A stretch of 64,000 nt of DNA from Candidatus Melainabacteria bacterium 17Bon1m (GTDB taxonomy: Bacteria; Cyanobacteriota; Vampirovibrionia; Obscuribacterales; Obscuribacteraceae): contig JAVLKG010000001.1 of assembly GCA_032128875.1 (NCBI GenBank), positions 857,353 through 921,352 on the forward strand, in the 5' to 3' direction. Position numbers and translations under genes: made by a program. Below, piece by piece: positions 46,711 to 56,743 of the stretch. Position 1 is the first letter of the stretch. Each line of letters opens with the position of its first letter. The notes beneath the pieces are model-generated. The model was not told where the DNA came from. It saw only the letters and a list, made by a program, of their open reading frames with translations, and did no database searches.

Positions 46711-47340
46711 CTAATTCCTTTTTTCCTCAATTGTCGAATTGAGCTTAATTACGCCGCCAGGCTCTTGTGCGGCGTTACTGTTGCCGAAGCTGACTTTGAC
46801 AGGATCGAAGGCATTTGGATCTTCGATGCCGAAATAAGTTTGAGGTTTAAAACCCATGGGTCCAGCGATGAGCACGGAAGGGAAAGTCTCGACGGCTGTG
46901 TTCATATCACGCACATTGGCGTTGTAGAACCGGCGCGCCTGGGAAATCCTTGTCTCGGTGTCATTTAGCGCGTTTTGCAACTGGTTGAAGTTTTCGTTGG
47001 CTTTCAGTTGCGGATACGCTTCGCTGAGCGCCATAAGCTTCGTCAGCGCCCCAGTCAGGGCATTGTTCGCCAGCGCTTGCGCTTCGGGGGCTCCGGAGAC
47101 CGCAGCCGCGCTGTTTCGAGCTTTTATGACAGCCTCTAAAGTGTCTTTTTCGTGACCGGCGTAGCCTTTCACGGTCTCGACGAGATTGGGGATTAGGTCA
47201 TAGCGGCGGCGCAATTCCGTCTCGATGGCCGACCAGCTTTCCCTGACGCTCTGTCTGAGCATGACCAGTTGGTTGTAAGTGCCGACCATCCAGAGAGCAA
47301 TGACGGCCAGGAAAACCAGCATTCCGATTCCTATGTACAT
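46711..47340 (-). CDS. lemA: LemA family protein
   Basis: YNQLV, WS.I...L.RRYDLIPNLVETVKGYA.HE, EAYPQLKANENF, RRFYN, FPS. Confidence 0.95.
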   Translation of the reverse strand: MYIGIGMLVFLAVIALWMVGTYNQLVMLRQSVRESWSAIETELRRRYDLIPNLVETVKGYAGHEKDTLEAVIKARNSAAAVSGAPEAQALANNALTGALTKLMALSEAYPQLKANENFNQLQNALNDTETRISQARRFYNANVRDMNTAVETFPSVLIAGPMGFKPQTYFGIEDPNAFDPVKVSFGNSNAAQEPGGVIKLNSTIEEKRN

Positions 47341-47640
47341 GCAAATCTCCAAAAGGTAGCCCATGTTGGACGATTCGATTATACCTCCCAACAATGCAGA
47401 GCTCGCTGGTTGAACTCATTGGCGGAGCGCTTCGAAACCGCCGCCCGGGAGGATGTTGAGCCGTCCGCTTTGCAGGGAGACTCATATATAATTGTTTGAT
47501 TATAGAATGCGTTGCCAGGCGGTCGAACGATCAGAATGGGAATAGTTTTCAACAACGTCAGTCGCTAGAAAAGTCTCCCAACTGTTTTGTAACCCAAGCC
47601 GTTTTTCAAACCCAAGTTGTTTCAAAAACAAGAGGTCTAA

Positions 47641-49455
47641 ATGAAATTTCTCAGCTCAAAGGTCGCCGGACTGACGAGGCTGACCTTACTGGCATGTTTT
47701 CTTTTCGTCTCGACCAATCCCGCACTCGCCGATCGAATCAAGTCGTTCAATGCTGACATCAAGCTCGACAAAGATGGAACCGCACATATCGAAGAAACTC
47801 TCGTCATGGACTTCGGAACCAATCGCCGCCATGGCATTCGGCGTTTCATACCGACTGTCTACAACCGCAAGGGCGGTTTGTACAACATCGTATTGAACGT
47901 GACCGGCGTTAAGGATCAACGAAATAATCCATATAAGTTTGAAACCCATAGAGCTGATCGAGATCTGCTTTTGCAGATTGGAGAGCAAGATGTACTCGTC
48001 TCCGGCGTGATGACGTACAAAATCGATTATGACGTGCGGCGCGCGATCAACTATCTTGAGGGCGGTCCGGAATTTTACTGGAACGTCAACGGCAATGAAG
48101 GCAAATTCCCTGTTGATTCCGCTACTGCAAAACTCTCGTTTCCAGACGGCGTCAACGTCAAGGACATCAAAGCCACATCGTATGTAGGTTATTTCGGATC
48201 CAAAAAACATGCAAGTGTTACGCGAGAAGCGAATGACATCACATTTAGTGCCAAGAATTTAAAGCCTGGCGAAGGGATGACTATTGTCGCCGGACTGCCG
48301 GCATCGGCTATTCCTCAACCAACGAAAGCGCAGCAAGTTCAAGATTGGTTTTTGGATTGGTATCCGCTCGTGGTGTTGCCGCTCGGTACTTCTGTAATGC
48401 TTTACCTCTACTGGTTCTTCCAGGGCAAAGACAGAGGTCCAAAACGTGCAGTCGGTGTCGAATTCACTCCACCTGTTGATCTCACCCCGGCAGAAGTTGG
48501 CACATTGATCGATGAGAAAGTTGATTTGCCTGATGTTACTTCCACGTTGATTGATCTTGCTGCCAGAGGTTACATCAGAATCAGACAAATTCCGTACAAC
48601 GGAATCCTGATGATGAGCGACAAAGACTATGAGTTTAAGAAATTGACTCCGCCTCACAATGCGATTCCTCTGAAGCAGCACGAAACATTTTTTATGGCAG
48701 CGCTTTTCGGATATGTGACCGACACAACCTATTTGTCTTCGTTGCAAGGTAAGTTTCAGCCACATATCGTGGACATCAAAAACTCAATCTGGTCGCAGTT
48801 GCTAAAGGGTGGCTATTTCACTCGCCATCCGGATAACGATCGGGCGCTTTTCCGTGCGATTGGACTGGGGCTCATTCTGGTGGCAGGCGGATACATGGCA
48901 TTTCACACCTGGAACGAGGGTGTTGCGGGTGGTGCTGGTTTGGCACTATCAGGCTTGATCACACTTTTGTCTGCGGGTGCGATGCCGTCGCGTACTGATC
49001 TTGGCTCTAAGGCGCTTTCAGAATGCCTGTCATTCAAGCGATTTGTAGAGAAGGCCGAGAAACAGCGCATTGCGGTACTTGCAAAAGATGACCCAACAAT
49101 ATTCGGGCGACTTTTGCCTTACGCAATGGTCTTAGGCTGCGCCGATATGTGGGCGGAGAAGTTCAAAGAATTGCTTGTAACGCCTCCAGACTGGTATCAA
49201 CCATACACAGATGTAAATTCGCCTTCTGTATTTGATCCGGTCTGGTACTTCGATGACCTTGGACGCGGCATGTATTCGATTCAGAACGGCTTCAATCAAG
49301 CACCAGTAATTCCGTCCTACTCCTCTGGTGGAGGTGGTGGCGGTGGTAGTAATGATGGTGGCTGGGGCGGTTTCGGCGGCGGTGGCGGATTCAGTGGATT
49401 CGACGGTGGTTTTAGCGGCGGCGGATTCGGTGGAGGCGGCACCGATTCTTGGTAG
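47641..49455 (+). CDS. DUF2207 family membrane protein
   Basis: Same motifs as 6088..7842 (HGI.RFIP, YWNV.GN, TPAEVGTLID, LLPYAMVLG, Gly tail ending SW). Confidence 0.9.
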   Translation: MKFLSSKVAGLTRLTLLACFLFVSTNPALADRIKSFNADIKLDKDGTAHIEETLVMDFGTNRRHGIRRFIPTVYNRKGGLYNIVLNVTGVKDQRNNPYKFETHRADRDLLLQIGEQDVLVSGVMTYKIDYDVRRAINYLEGGPEFYWNVNGNEGKFPVDSATAKLSFPDGVNVKDIKATSYVGYFGSKKHASVTREANDITFSAKNLKPGEGMTIVAGLPASAIPQPTKAQQVQDWFLDWYPLVVLPLGTSVMLYLYWFFQGKDRGPKRAVGVEFTPPVDLTPAEVGTLIDEKVDLPDVTSTLIDLAARGYIRIRQIPYNGILMMSDKDYEFKKLTPPHNAIPLKQHETFFMAALFGYVTDTTYLSSLQGKFQPHIVDIKNSIWSQLLKGGYFTRHPDNDRALFRAIGLGLILVAGGYMAFHTWNEGVAGGAGLALSGLITLLSAGAMPSRTDLGSKALSECLSFKRFVEKAEKQRIAVLAKDDPTIFGRLLPYAMVLGCADMWAEKFKELLVTPPDWYQPYTDVNSPSVFDPVWYFDDLGRGMYSIQNGFNQAPVIPSYSSGGGGGGGSNDGGWGGFGGGGGFSGFDGGFSGGGFGGGGTDSW

Positions 49456-49750
49456 TTTGCTAAAAAATGTTGTTCAGAAAACAAAATTCGATTGGCAGTC
49501 TAAATTTCTATTGCGAAACTGGCTTCGATTTTTGGGCGAATTAAATCTGCTGAATCACATTCCTGAAAACTATTGGGTGGCGGCTCGCTTCACAACCACA
49601 TACCTACTAAATCCCTCAGAGTAGGGAGATTACGCAAGGTTTTCAAGCGATAAGTAATCGTTCACTTTGCTCGACAACGATCATTCAACGACTTAACATA
49701 GGAGAGTCAGGTTCAAATGAATTTGATTGGTGTTTGTGAGGGATTGGTAG

Positions 49751-50335
49751 TTGTTGCAAGAGCTGCCCGGTAACATCAGTTATCTGAAAGAGTATATTTG
49801 CCCGGTTTCTGAACTCGAAGATAATCTAGTAGAGGTCAGAGATATATTTGGTGGATTGCCGCCTGGTATCATCCCTGGTGCCTGGCGCAAAGGGCGCGGA
49901 TACTACGCTCGCAATCTCGCTGGTCCGAAGCCGACCAAAGAAATCGTTCAGTCTGTCGAACAATATCTTTTCTACGGCGATCCCAGCCGCAATCTGTTTG
50001 CACTCGGTCATGGCTATGACGAGCAACGTCAGTGGGTCATCAACAACATTTTGCTCGACGGTGCCCCGGCACGCAGTCAAGCCAGCTATAGAAAGTTGCC
50101 TTTCGAAGTTAAAAGACGCGCCCGTCTCTGGGGCGATCGTGTTGCAGATTGCCTGGATCTTGTGGATGAAACTGAGAGCATCGAAGTGCTCAAGACTGCA
50201 ATTGTTTCTCTAAAAGCATTGCTGTTCACCGCACCTTCTGATTGCGACGCGCAAGGGCTGCGTTCAGTCATTCGGCATCTGCGCATGGTGCTGTCGCATC
50301 ACACAGTCGAAGGCGCTTGGGGCGTCGTTCGTTAG
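49751..50335 (+). CDS. Hypothetical protein
   Basis: 194-aa ORF filling the gap; TTG start behind GAGGGA. Confidence 0.55.
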   Translation: MLQELPGNISYLKEYICPVSELEDNLVEVRDIFGGLPPGIIPGAWRKGRGYYARNLAGPKPTKEIVQSVEQYLFYGDPSRNLFALGHGYDEQRQWVINNILLDGAPARSQASYRKLPFEVKRRARLWGDRVADCLDLVDETESIEVLKTAIVSLKALLFTAPSDCDAQGLRSVIRHLRMVLSHHTVEGAWGVVR

Positions 50336-50408
50336 AACGAACCGGGCGATGCATTGCGTTGCCTCAGCAGCGAACTGCAAAATAGGCGGTTTCGCCCAGA
50401 CGGCAACT

Positions 50409-51095
50409 TCATTTTTTGTCTGCGTTTTTGGTTTCGAACTTATATCCGACGCCATACACTGTTTTTATTTCTGCTTGTAGTTTGTCGCCAAGCTTGTTGC
50501 GCAATCTATTCACATAGACTTTCACTGCATCAGTCGAAGCTTCTGTATCTGATTGCCAGACTCTGGCAATTATTGCCTCAGCGCTAAAGACCTGATTCGG
50601 ATGGCGCATGAGGAATTCGAGCAATGCAAATTCGCGCTTGGTCAATGGAATTTCTACGCCGTCTTTGGTAAACGTGAAAGTTTTAGCGTTCAATTCGTAA
50701 TCTGCTGTTTTTAAAACATTTGTTTGAACACCTTCCGGCCGTCTGAGCAGTGCGCGCACTCGCGCAGCCAACTCTTTCACGTGAAACGGTTTAGTCAGAT
50801 AATCATCGGCGCCTGAATCAAGACCGAGCTCTTTCTCTTCAATCTTGCCGCGTCCAGTTAAGATGATCACTTTGCCTTCACCGCCACGATGGCGGTACGT
50901 TTTTAGGATGTCTACCCCGTCTTTGTCCGGCAGTCCGAGATCTAACACGATGAGGTCGTATTCCGAAACAGCCAATAGTGTCAGCGCATCCGCCCCGCTG
51001 GCGGCGTGCTCTACCATGTGTCCTTCGCCTTTCAGCAGCTCAGTGACAGAGTCCGCAAGATTGAAATCGTCTTCGACTATGAGTAGCTTTGCCAT
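50409..51095 (-). CDS. OmpR-family response regulator
   Basis: LLIVEDD, IVLDLGLP, GADDYLTKPF, YGVGY; paralog of 45995..46681. Confidence 0.95.
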   Translation of the reverse strand: MAKLLIVEDDFNLADSVTELLKGEGHMVEHAASGADALTLLAVSEYDLIVLDLGLPDKDGVDILKTYRHRGGEGKVIILTGRGKIEEKELGLDSGADDYLTKPFHVKELAARVRALLRRPEGVQTNVLKTADYELNAKTFTFTKDGVEIPLTKREFALLEFLMRHPNQVFSAEAIIARVWQSDTEASTDAVKVYVNRLRNKLGDKLQAEIKTVYGVGYKFETKNADKK

Positions 51096-51198
51096 GCTGC
51101 CAGTAGTTTTCCAGTTGCCGTGGTACGTAGTTTTTATCCAACCCTGATATATTCTACCCACCGGGACTGCCATCACGTTTTCTAGACTAAAGAGCGGC

Positions 51199-53007
51199 AT
51201 GGGATTAAATCTGAAAATCGGTCAGTACGGCTTGCTGGTGGCGCTGCTGCCGGTCTTTGTCGCTTTGCTGATTTTGGGGTTTCTCGCGCTGCAGCTTCAA
51301 GAATCTGAGAAGCAGGTTGAGCGGGAGAGGCAAGCCAAAACATTGATCATGGAGTCTTCTAATCTCCTCCAATGTCTGGACGAAATGAAGCGTGCGCTTT
51401 CTGGTTTAGCCGAAAGCAATGCTCCACTTTTTTCGATTGAACTACAGAAGCGAAAAGATCTCTTTGCCGGCTCTTTGAAGAAGATTGAATCCGGGTTGGT
51501 TTCTGCTCCGCAGAAAGATGCGTTCGTTCAGTTGAAGACTGCTGCGCTTTCCGCTGTTCAGGAGATTGAGGAAACTCAAAAGGCTCTTGCGACCGCCCCA
51601 AAGGAAGTCGTCGAGTTTCGCATGAAAGAATCCGACAGGCAGTTGCAGGCATTGAGAAGCACGCTGAGCAGCAAGCAAGAAGCATTTAGCAATGCGACAT
51701 CCGATATTCAGCAATCGAGCGCTCAAAAGGGTGAGAATAGTCGCCAGTTTGTGTGGGCAATCTTGCTTGCAGGAACTATTGCGATGGTGGTTGTCGCAGT
51801 TGTTTTATCTCTGGGCTTTGGGCGTCGCATCACAGGACGACTGAAAATTCTCACTGACAATAGTTTTCGTATTGCCTCGAGAATGCCACTAAACGAAAAG
51901 ATGAAGGGCTCGGATGAAATATCTGAGTTGGATAAGAGTTTTCACTGGATGGCAAATCAGCTCGAAGACTTGACGCGCAAAGAACGCGCGATGACAGAAA
52001 ATGCGGTGGACGTCATTTGCTCGATATCCAATGAAGGTAATTTCCGCGAGGTCAATTCCGCTGCGTTCAAACTTTGGGGATACAAGCCAGAAGAATTACT
52101 CGGGCAAAAGCTAATTTCACTTGTTCGCGAGTCCGATAAAGAGAAGACATCTGAGGTATTTGCATCTGCAAAAAAAAATGGAGAGCAAATCGAGCTGGAA
52201 AATGCGATCAAGCACAAAAATGGCAACTTCGTCGAAGTGCTGTGGAGCGGAGGTTGGTCATCTATCGATGGAGCGATGTTTTGTGTAGCCCACGATATAA
52301 CCGAGAAAAAGCAGATTGAAAATCTCAAACGTGATTTCGTGAATATGGTCAGTCACGATTTGAGAACACCGCTGACTTCGATTCAAGCATTTTTGGAAAT
52401 GTTGTCAGCCGGTTTTTATGACAGCACTCCGGAAAAGATGCACAGTAAGGCCAAGTATTCAGAGGCGGATGTCGGACGTTTGATTTCAATGATCAACAGT
52501 TTGCTTCAACTTGAAAAAATGGAAGCTGGTCACATCGAAATCGTTGCTTCTCATACACAAGTTGAAGATGTGGTCGACCGATCTTTCAATTCAGTTCAAT
52601 CTCTTGCAGAACGTTCGAAAATTGCGCTCGTTAAGGATATTTGTGATGCTGTTATCTTTGCGGACGAAGATCAGCTCATTCAAGTGCTAGTCAATCTTCT
52701 GTCGAATGCAATTAAGTTTTCCAATCCTTCCGGTACTGTGACCGTGAAAGCTATTGAGCAGGAAAATATGGTTGAGTTTCAAGTCATCGATCAAGGACGA
52801 GGGATTGCGCCTGATTTTGTAGACAAGATATTCGACCGATTCAAACAGGTTGAACTGTCTGACTCTCGTGTGAAGGGTGGCACCGGGCTTGGGCTCGCCG
52901 TATGCAAAATGCTTGTCGAGGCGCATGGTGGCAGAATTTGGGTGACTAGTAAAGAAAATGTGGGAAGCACTTTTCACTTCACAATTCAGATTAACAGCGC
53001 TACATAG
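51199..53007 (+). CDS. Sensor histidine kinase (HAMP, PAS, HisKA, HATPase)
   Basis: SHDLRTPL, NLLSNAIKF, DQGRGI, GTGLGL; divergent from the regulator. Confidence 0.94.
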   Translation: MGLNLKIGQYGLLVALLPVFVALLILGFLALQLQESEKQVERERQAKTLIMESSNLLQCLDEMKRALSGLAESNAPLFSIELQKRKDLFAGSLKKIESGLVSAPQKDAFVQLKTAALSAVQEIEETQKALATAPKEVVEFRMKESDRQLQALRSTLSSKQEAFSNATSDIQQSSAQKGENSRQFVWAILLAGTIAMVVVAVVLSLGFGRRITGRLKILTDNSFRIASRMPLNEKMKGSDEISELDKSFHWMANQLEDLTRKERAMTENAVDVICSISNEGNFREVNSAAFKLWGYKPEELLGQKLISLVRESDKEKTSEVFASAKKNGEQIELENAIKHKNGNFVEVLWSGGWSSIDGAMFCVAHDITEKKQIENLKRDFVNMVSHDLRTPLTSIQAFLEMLSAGFYDSTPEKMHSKAKYSEADVGRLISMINSLLQLEKMEAGHIEIVASHTQVEDVVDRSFNSVQSLAERSKIALVKDICDAVIFADEDQLIQVLVNLLSNAIKFSNPSGTVTVKAIEQENMVEFQVIDQGRGIAPDFVDKIFDRFKQVELSDSRVKGGTGLGLAVCKMLVEAHGGRIWVTSKENVGSTFHFTIQINSAT

Positions 53008-53032
53008 TCAGAAGTCTGTTTTTTTTGATAGC

Positions 53033-53059
53033 AAAAAACCACCGCTGGAACAGTGGCCT
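53033..53059 (-). terminator. Intrinsic terminator after the LuxR-type regulator
   Basis: Minus strand GCCACTG-TTCCAG-CGGTGGT followed by a T-run. Confidence 0.65.
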
Positions 53060-53092
53060 TTCACTTGGGCTTGGTTGAACTTGAAACGCTAA

Positions 53093-53980
53093 TTACTGCG
53101 CCACAATAGATTGTTGATGTTGCACGACAGTACTGGTGTTCGCTGGGACAGCAAAATTTAGTTGAGATGGACTCGACTGTTCATTGGTTACAAGACCCAT
53201 TTGCTGTTGTGCTGCTTGAGTCTTTGTGGTTGGCCTGGCCATTTGTGACAGACCTAGCCACGCTTCGCACTCCAGTTCTGCTGCCTGTAGTTGATCAAGC
53301 CGCAGATAGCCTCTTCTTAGTGCTTCCATGACCAGGCGAGTTCGCGGATTGAACACTTCTAGTTCGTGGTTTTGTCTTAGTTTCCAATGATCTCTTCTAA
53401 GAATTTTCAGCGCAAGAGTTGCAAGTCGGTTTTGTACGCCACGCACAGTCAAACCACTACGAGCTGAAATAGCTCTATCAGTTAGACCCAATGCAATATC
53501 AATTAGAGTTTCTCTCTCTGCGTCTGAGAGAAAGTCGCTTCGCTGAGTCGGACGGATCATGGAGGCGCGAACTGTGGGATCGGTGTACTGATGATTGTTG
53601 AGGAAAACTGCCATAATCGCGTAACGCAACTTCTCATCACCTTCGGACTTTAGAACATATCCATACAGCGCGTGAGCTCCGGCGACACGTGTGATTTCAC
53701 CAAGATAGCCATCGCTGTGAGTATGCACCCAAAACAGAATCTTGGTTCTCTTTTCGATTTCCCAAATGTCTTTGGCTAGCGCGAGTCCACCTGCGCCATG
53801 CAAACTTACGTCGAGAATCACCATCTCTGGTCTGCAGCGTTTGAATGCTTCCAGACCGTCATTATTACTTTTGGCTTCGATGATGTTTACTTCTGAACTT
53901 CGCGGCAACACCGACATGATCATATCTATTGCATGTTTTCTCGCAAAAGGAATGCTGTCGATAACGAGCAACTGTACCAT
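53093..53980 (-). CDS. NarL/LuxR-family response regulator
   Basis: REC (PEMVILDV, GYVLK) + HTH (LSDAERETL..IALGLTDRAIS....LTVRGVQN); GAGGAG RBS. Confidence 0.88.
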   Translation of the reverse strand: MVQLLVIDSIPFARKHAIDMIMSVLPRSSEVNIIEAKSNNDGLEAFKRCRPEMVILDVSLHGAGGLALAKDIWEIEKRTKILFWVHTHSDGYLGEITRVAGAHALYGYVLKSEGDEKLRYAIMAVFLNNHQYTDPTVRASMIRPTQRSDFLSDAERETLIDIALGLTDRAISARSGLTVRGVQNRLATLALKILRRDHWKLRQNHELEVFNPRTRLVMEALRRGYLRLDQLQAAELECEAWLGLSQMARPTTKTQAAQQQMGLVTNEQSSPSQLNFAVPANTSTVVQHQQSIVAQ

Positions 53981-54035
53981 CGGCAATTCTCCTCTGGCGG
54001 GACCGATGCGATGATTGTCAGGAAATAGAGTAAAT

Positions 54036-54172
54036 AAGTCGTAAATCGAGTTGCACTTTCACGGCGGCACTTCGTCGCCGTGCGGATGTTTCACTCGCTG
54101 CCGAACCTTTATATATCGAAAACCGAAGCGGTCGTGGCGTCTTTTTCGACTTCCAGCCGCGATTTACGACTT
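54036..54172. other. Structured intergenic element (candidate ncRNA, MITE or paired operator)
   Basis: Perfect 13-bp inverted repeat AAGTCGTAAATCG / CGATTTACGACTT enclosing hairpin CACGGCGGC-ACTTC-GTCGCCGTG. Confidence 0.5.
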
Positions 54173-54334
54173 TGATACCTTTGGTTCCTAATATTGCGTT
54201 TGTAATCGGCTGAACAACGCATCGCGATTGCACTTTCCCTTCTCCTTCTCCTTCTCCTTTTTCTTTTTTCTAATTCTTCCTATTCTTTCGGTTTTACCTG
54301 GCACTCAAGTTTGAGTTGCCGTGAGGTTTTTATC

Positions 54335-54607
54335 ATGCAAAAAGTGTCTGACAAAAATTTGGGAAGTGGTGGCGGCACCTCTTCATTTCAATCTCGAAAT
54401 CAGCTAAGCAGTTTAGCTTTCATAAAAGAGGTTGAGTTTTCCATGCGCCAACGTAGAGCACATGCTGTCGCGAACTCCAGTCCTTCCTCATCACGGGACG
54501 ATTTGAGTATTGAACTTACAGTTAATCATCGCTTGCTTGAAGTTATTGATGATTACTCGTTCTATGACTCGGCGCACCTCGCATCTCGTTCCTTGCGGAG
54601 TTCTTAG
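54335..54607 (+). CDS. Small hypothetical protein
   Basis: 90 aa; GAGG RBS before ATG 54335. Confidence 0.4.
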   Translation: MQKVSDKNLGSGGGTSSFQSRNQLSSLAFIKEVEFSMRQRRAHAVANSSPSSSRDDLSIELTVNHRLLEVIDDYSFYDSAHLASRSLRSS

Positions 54608-54676
54608 TTCAAGACAGACGCGCAGTCACCATCGAGTCTAATTCAATTCACGTTTAACCTTTGAGGAGTTTTTAGA

Positions 54677-55828
54677 ATGGACAATTCAGTTACTGACCAA
54701 GCACCTCCAGTACAAGATGCTTTGCCTCCGGGGAGCGGAGCCATATCCTCAGCGCAACTACTTGAAGAAATTAACAGCGTACCAAAGATGACCTCTCAGG
54801 AAGCGCAGCAGCTTGTTGAGAAGTATGGTGAAGTACCTTTGATGATTGTGACGATGGACCGCAATTCTGACCGAAAGGTCGACACCGGTTCTGATTCTTT
54901 TCTGCACAAAGTAGGTGGGGATGATGAGCTGTTTGGTTCGGGTGATGCCGCTCAACTTCAATCTGTCAAAAACAGTTCAGAGAGCAACCTGGATCAGTTA
55001 AGCGCGTTTATGTTTTCAAATTACACCAATGAGATAGATAGATTCGATGGCAATGGTTTTGGTTTGAACTTCTTTAGCACCGGACCGGACGGAGTTATTG
55101 GTGCTGGCGATATTCAACGCATTATCGACAGTCCTTCCGCACAACAGCAATTTGATGGTGTTAATGATGTTTTTGATGTCTTCGACAATCAAGCTACTTG
55201 GGACAAAGTGATGGGTTCAAGCTCGATCACTCGCGAAGGTTTGATGAACATCGATGAAAGCACGCTTAACGCTCAAGAAAAAGATGCGGTACATTACCTG
55301 CGAGACAATATTTCCTTATTCGATAATGCAAATCCGCATGCGGATGGAAGCATTGACATGAAAGACATTGAGAGAGTCCGCGGTGAGCTGCGGCCCAACC
55401 AATACGGGGGTAATGAAGACTTCCATAATGGACAGCAAGTAGACACAGAGACTCTTATCGCTGACGTGACGAAGGAAGTAGATGTAAAACGCAACGCTGA
55501 AATTCAAGCAGCACAAACAGAGCAAATGAACGATCGTCCTGTGACGTTCTCTTCTGACAAAGTGTCATTCAAGGTGCAATCTGGTGACACCCTTTTTGAT
55601 CTGGTTAACACAGAGATTAGAGCAATCAACAAATTAGCAGGACGGACTGTAATGCCGGAGGTTCAGCCAGGTGCTGATATCTACAACCATCCGCTTACAT
55701 TCGATATTGCCAGGGCAAACGACATAACTAACTTTGACCTCATTTTTCCCGATCAACCAATCGTGATTAATAAAGCAATTCTAGATAAGTATATTGACGG
55801 ACCAGCCCAGTCGTCGGGGCCACGTTAG
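54677..55828 (+). CDS. Acidic protein with EF-hand-like loops and C-terminal LysM domain
   Basis: GAGGAG RBS; DRNSDRKVD, PDGVIGAGDI, ADGSIDMKDI; FKVQSGDTLF...IARANDITNFDLIFPDQPIVI. Confidence 0.75.
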   Translation: MDNSVTDQAPPVQDALPPGSGAISSAQLLEEINSVPKMTSQEAQQLVEKYGEVPLMIVTMDRNSDRKVDTGSDSFLHKVGGDDELFGSGDAAQLQSVKNSSESNLDQLSAFMFSNYTNEIDRFDGNGFGLNFFSTGPDGVIGAGDIQRIIDSPSAQQQFDGVNDVFDVFDNQATWDKVMGSSSITREGLMNIDESTLNAQEKDAVHYLRDNISLFDNANPHADGSIDMKDIERVRGELRPNQYGGNEDFHNGQQVDTETLIADVTKEVDVKRNAEIQAAQTEQMNDRPVTFSSDKVSFKVQSGDTLFDLVNTEIRAINKLAGRTVMPEVQPGADIYNHPLTFDIARANDITNFDLIFPDQPIVINKAILDKYIDGPAQSSGPR

Positions 55829-55858
55829 AACCACAAAGTTTGTGAAAGGGGAAACGCA

Positions 55859-55904
55859 GTGCAGTATGTCCGCTTCGGCAGGATGTACTGCACAAGCGCT
55901 TTTT
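55859..55904 (+). terminator. Long stable hairpin with cUUCGg loop; terminator or mRNA-stabilising stem
   Basis: GTGCAGTATGTCC-GCTTCGGC-A-GGATGTACTGCAC then AAGCGCTTTTT. Confidence 0.55.
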
Positions 55905-55968
55905 ACCACTTCGTTACCGGTTGGAACTTAAAATCAAATACTTAGTAAGAACGAGGCATCCGAAAATC

Positions 55969-56733
55969 ATGACGATCAGATCGTTAGATAACCTAGGACC
56001 GCGCATCTCAATGCACGTCGACAATGTAGTGCAATCAAGGCTTTGGCAAGCCAGTGAAAATTTTGACCGCATTCCGTGTACTTGGAAGTGCACTGCATCT
56101 GACTATCTTCCACAAATTGACGTACCCAGGAATGATTCGTCACCGCATTCTGTCATCGGCAATGAAGCAAGAGCGCGGGCGTCAGAAGACTCATCTCAGG
56201 AGCGGGTGCCGGTTGCTGAACCCGCAGCCGATGCAGGAAAGAAGAAGAAACTGGGTCCGCCGAGTTTGCTTCTCGATGATCCGCTCAAACCCGATACAAA
56301 AACTCCCGACAATCGCTCCGATTTACCTTCGATGGGAGATGCTGTCGATCAGTGGGATGCTCAAATTATTGAAGCTGCTGATCGCTGGGGGGTGCCGGCG
56401 GCGCAGTTGAAAGCGATGGTTTGGATCGAGACAGGTGGTGCCGGCGATCCTAACGCTGTCCAGGTCAACCCTTATTACGGCAACACATATGGACTCACGC
56501 AAATCAATCCAAAGTATTGGGCAGAACCTGCTGCGAACCTCGGTTATGACCTCAACACTGTAGAAGGGCAGTTGGGAATGGGCGCATATATTTTGCGACA
56601 GGGCTACGACGTAACAGGAAGTTGGGATGGCGCCTCATCCTGGTATTTCAACCCGGCTGGAACAGGAGATGCAGTCAACAACACAACGAATGCTGAGTAC
56701 ATCGCAAGGATGCATGAATTGATGGGTTATTAG
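55969..56733 (+). CDS. Lytic transglycosylase (SLT domain) with disordered N-terminus
   Basis: WDAQIIEAADRWGVP...LKAMVWIETGG (catalytic Glu), YGLTQIN, GAYILR...GSW..A..WY; start 55969 or 55921. Confidence 0.82.
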   Translation: MTIRSLDNLGPRISMHVDNVVQSRLWQASENFDRIPCTWKCTASDYLPQIDVPRNDSSPHSVIGNEARARASEDSSQERVPVAEPAADAGKKKKLGPPSLLLDDPLKPDTKTPDNRSDLPSMGDAVDQWDAQIIEAADRWGVPAAQLKAMVWIETGGAGDPNAVQVNPYYGNTYGLTQINPKYWAEPAANLGYDLNTVEGQLGMGAYILRQGYDVTGSWDGASSWYFNPAGTGDAVNNTTNAEYIARMHELMGY

Positions 56734-56743
56734 GTGACAAACT

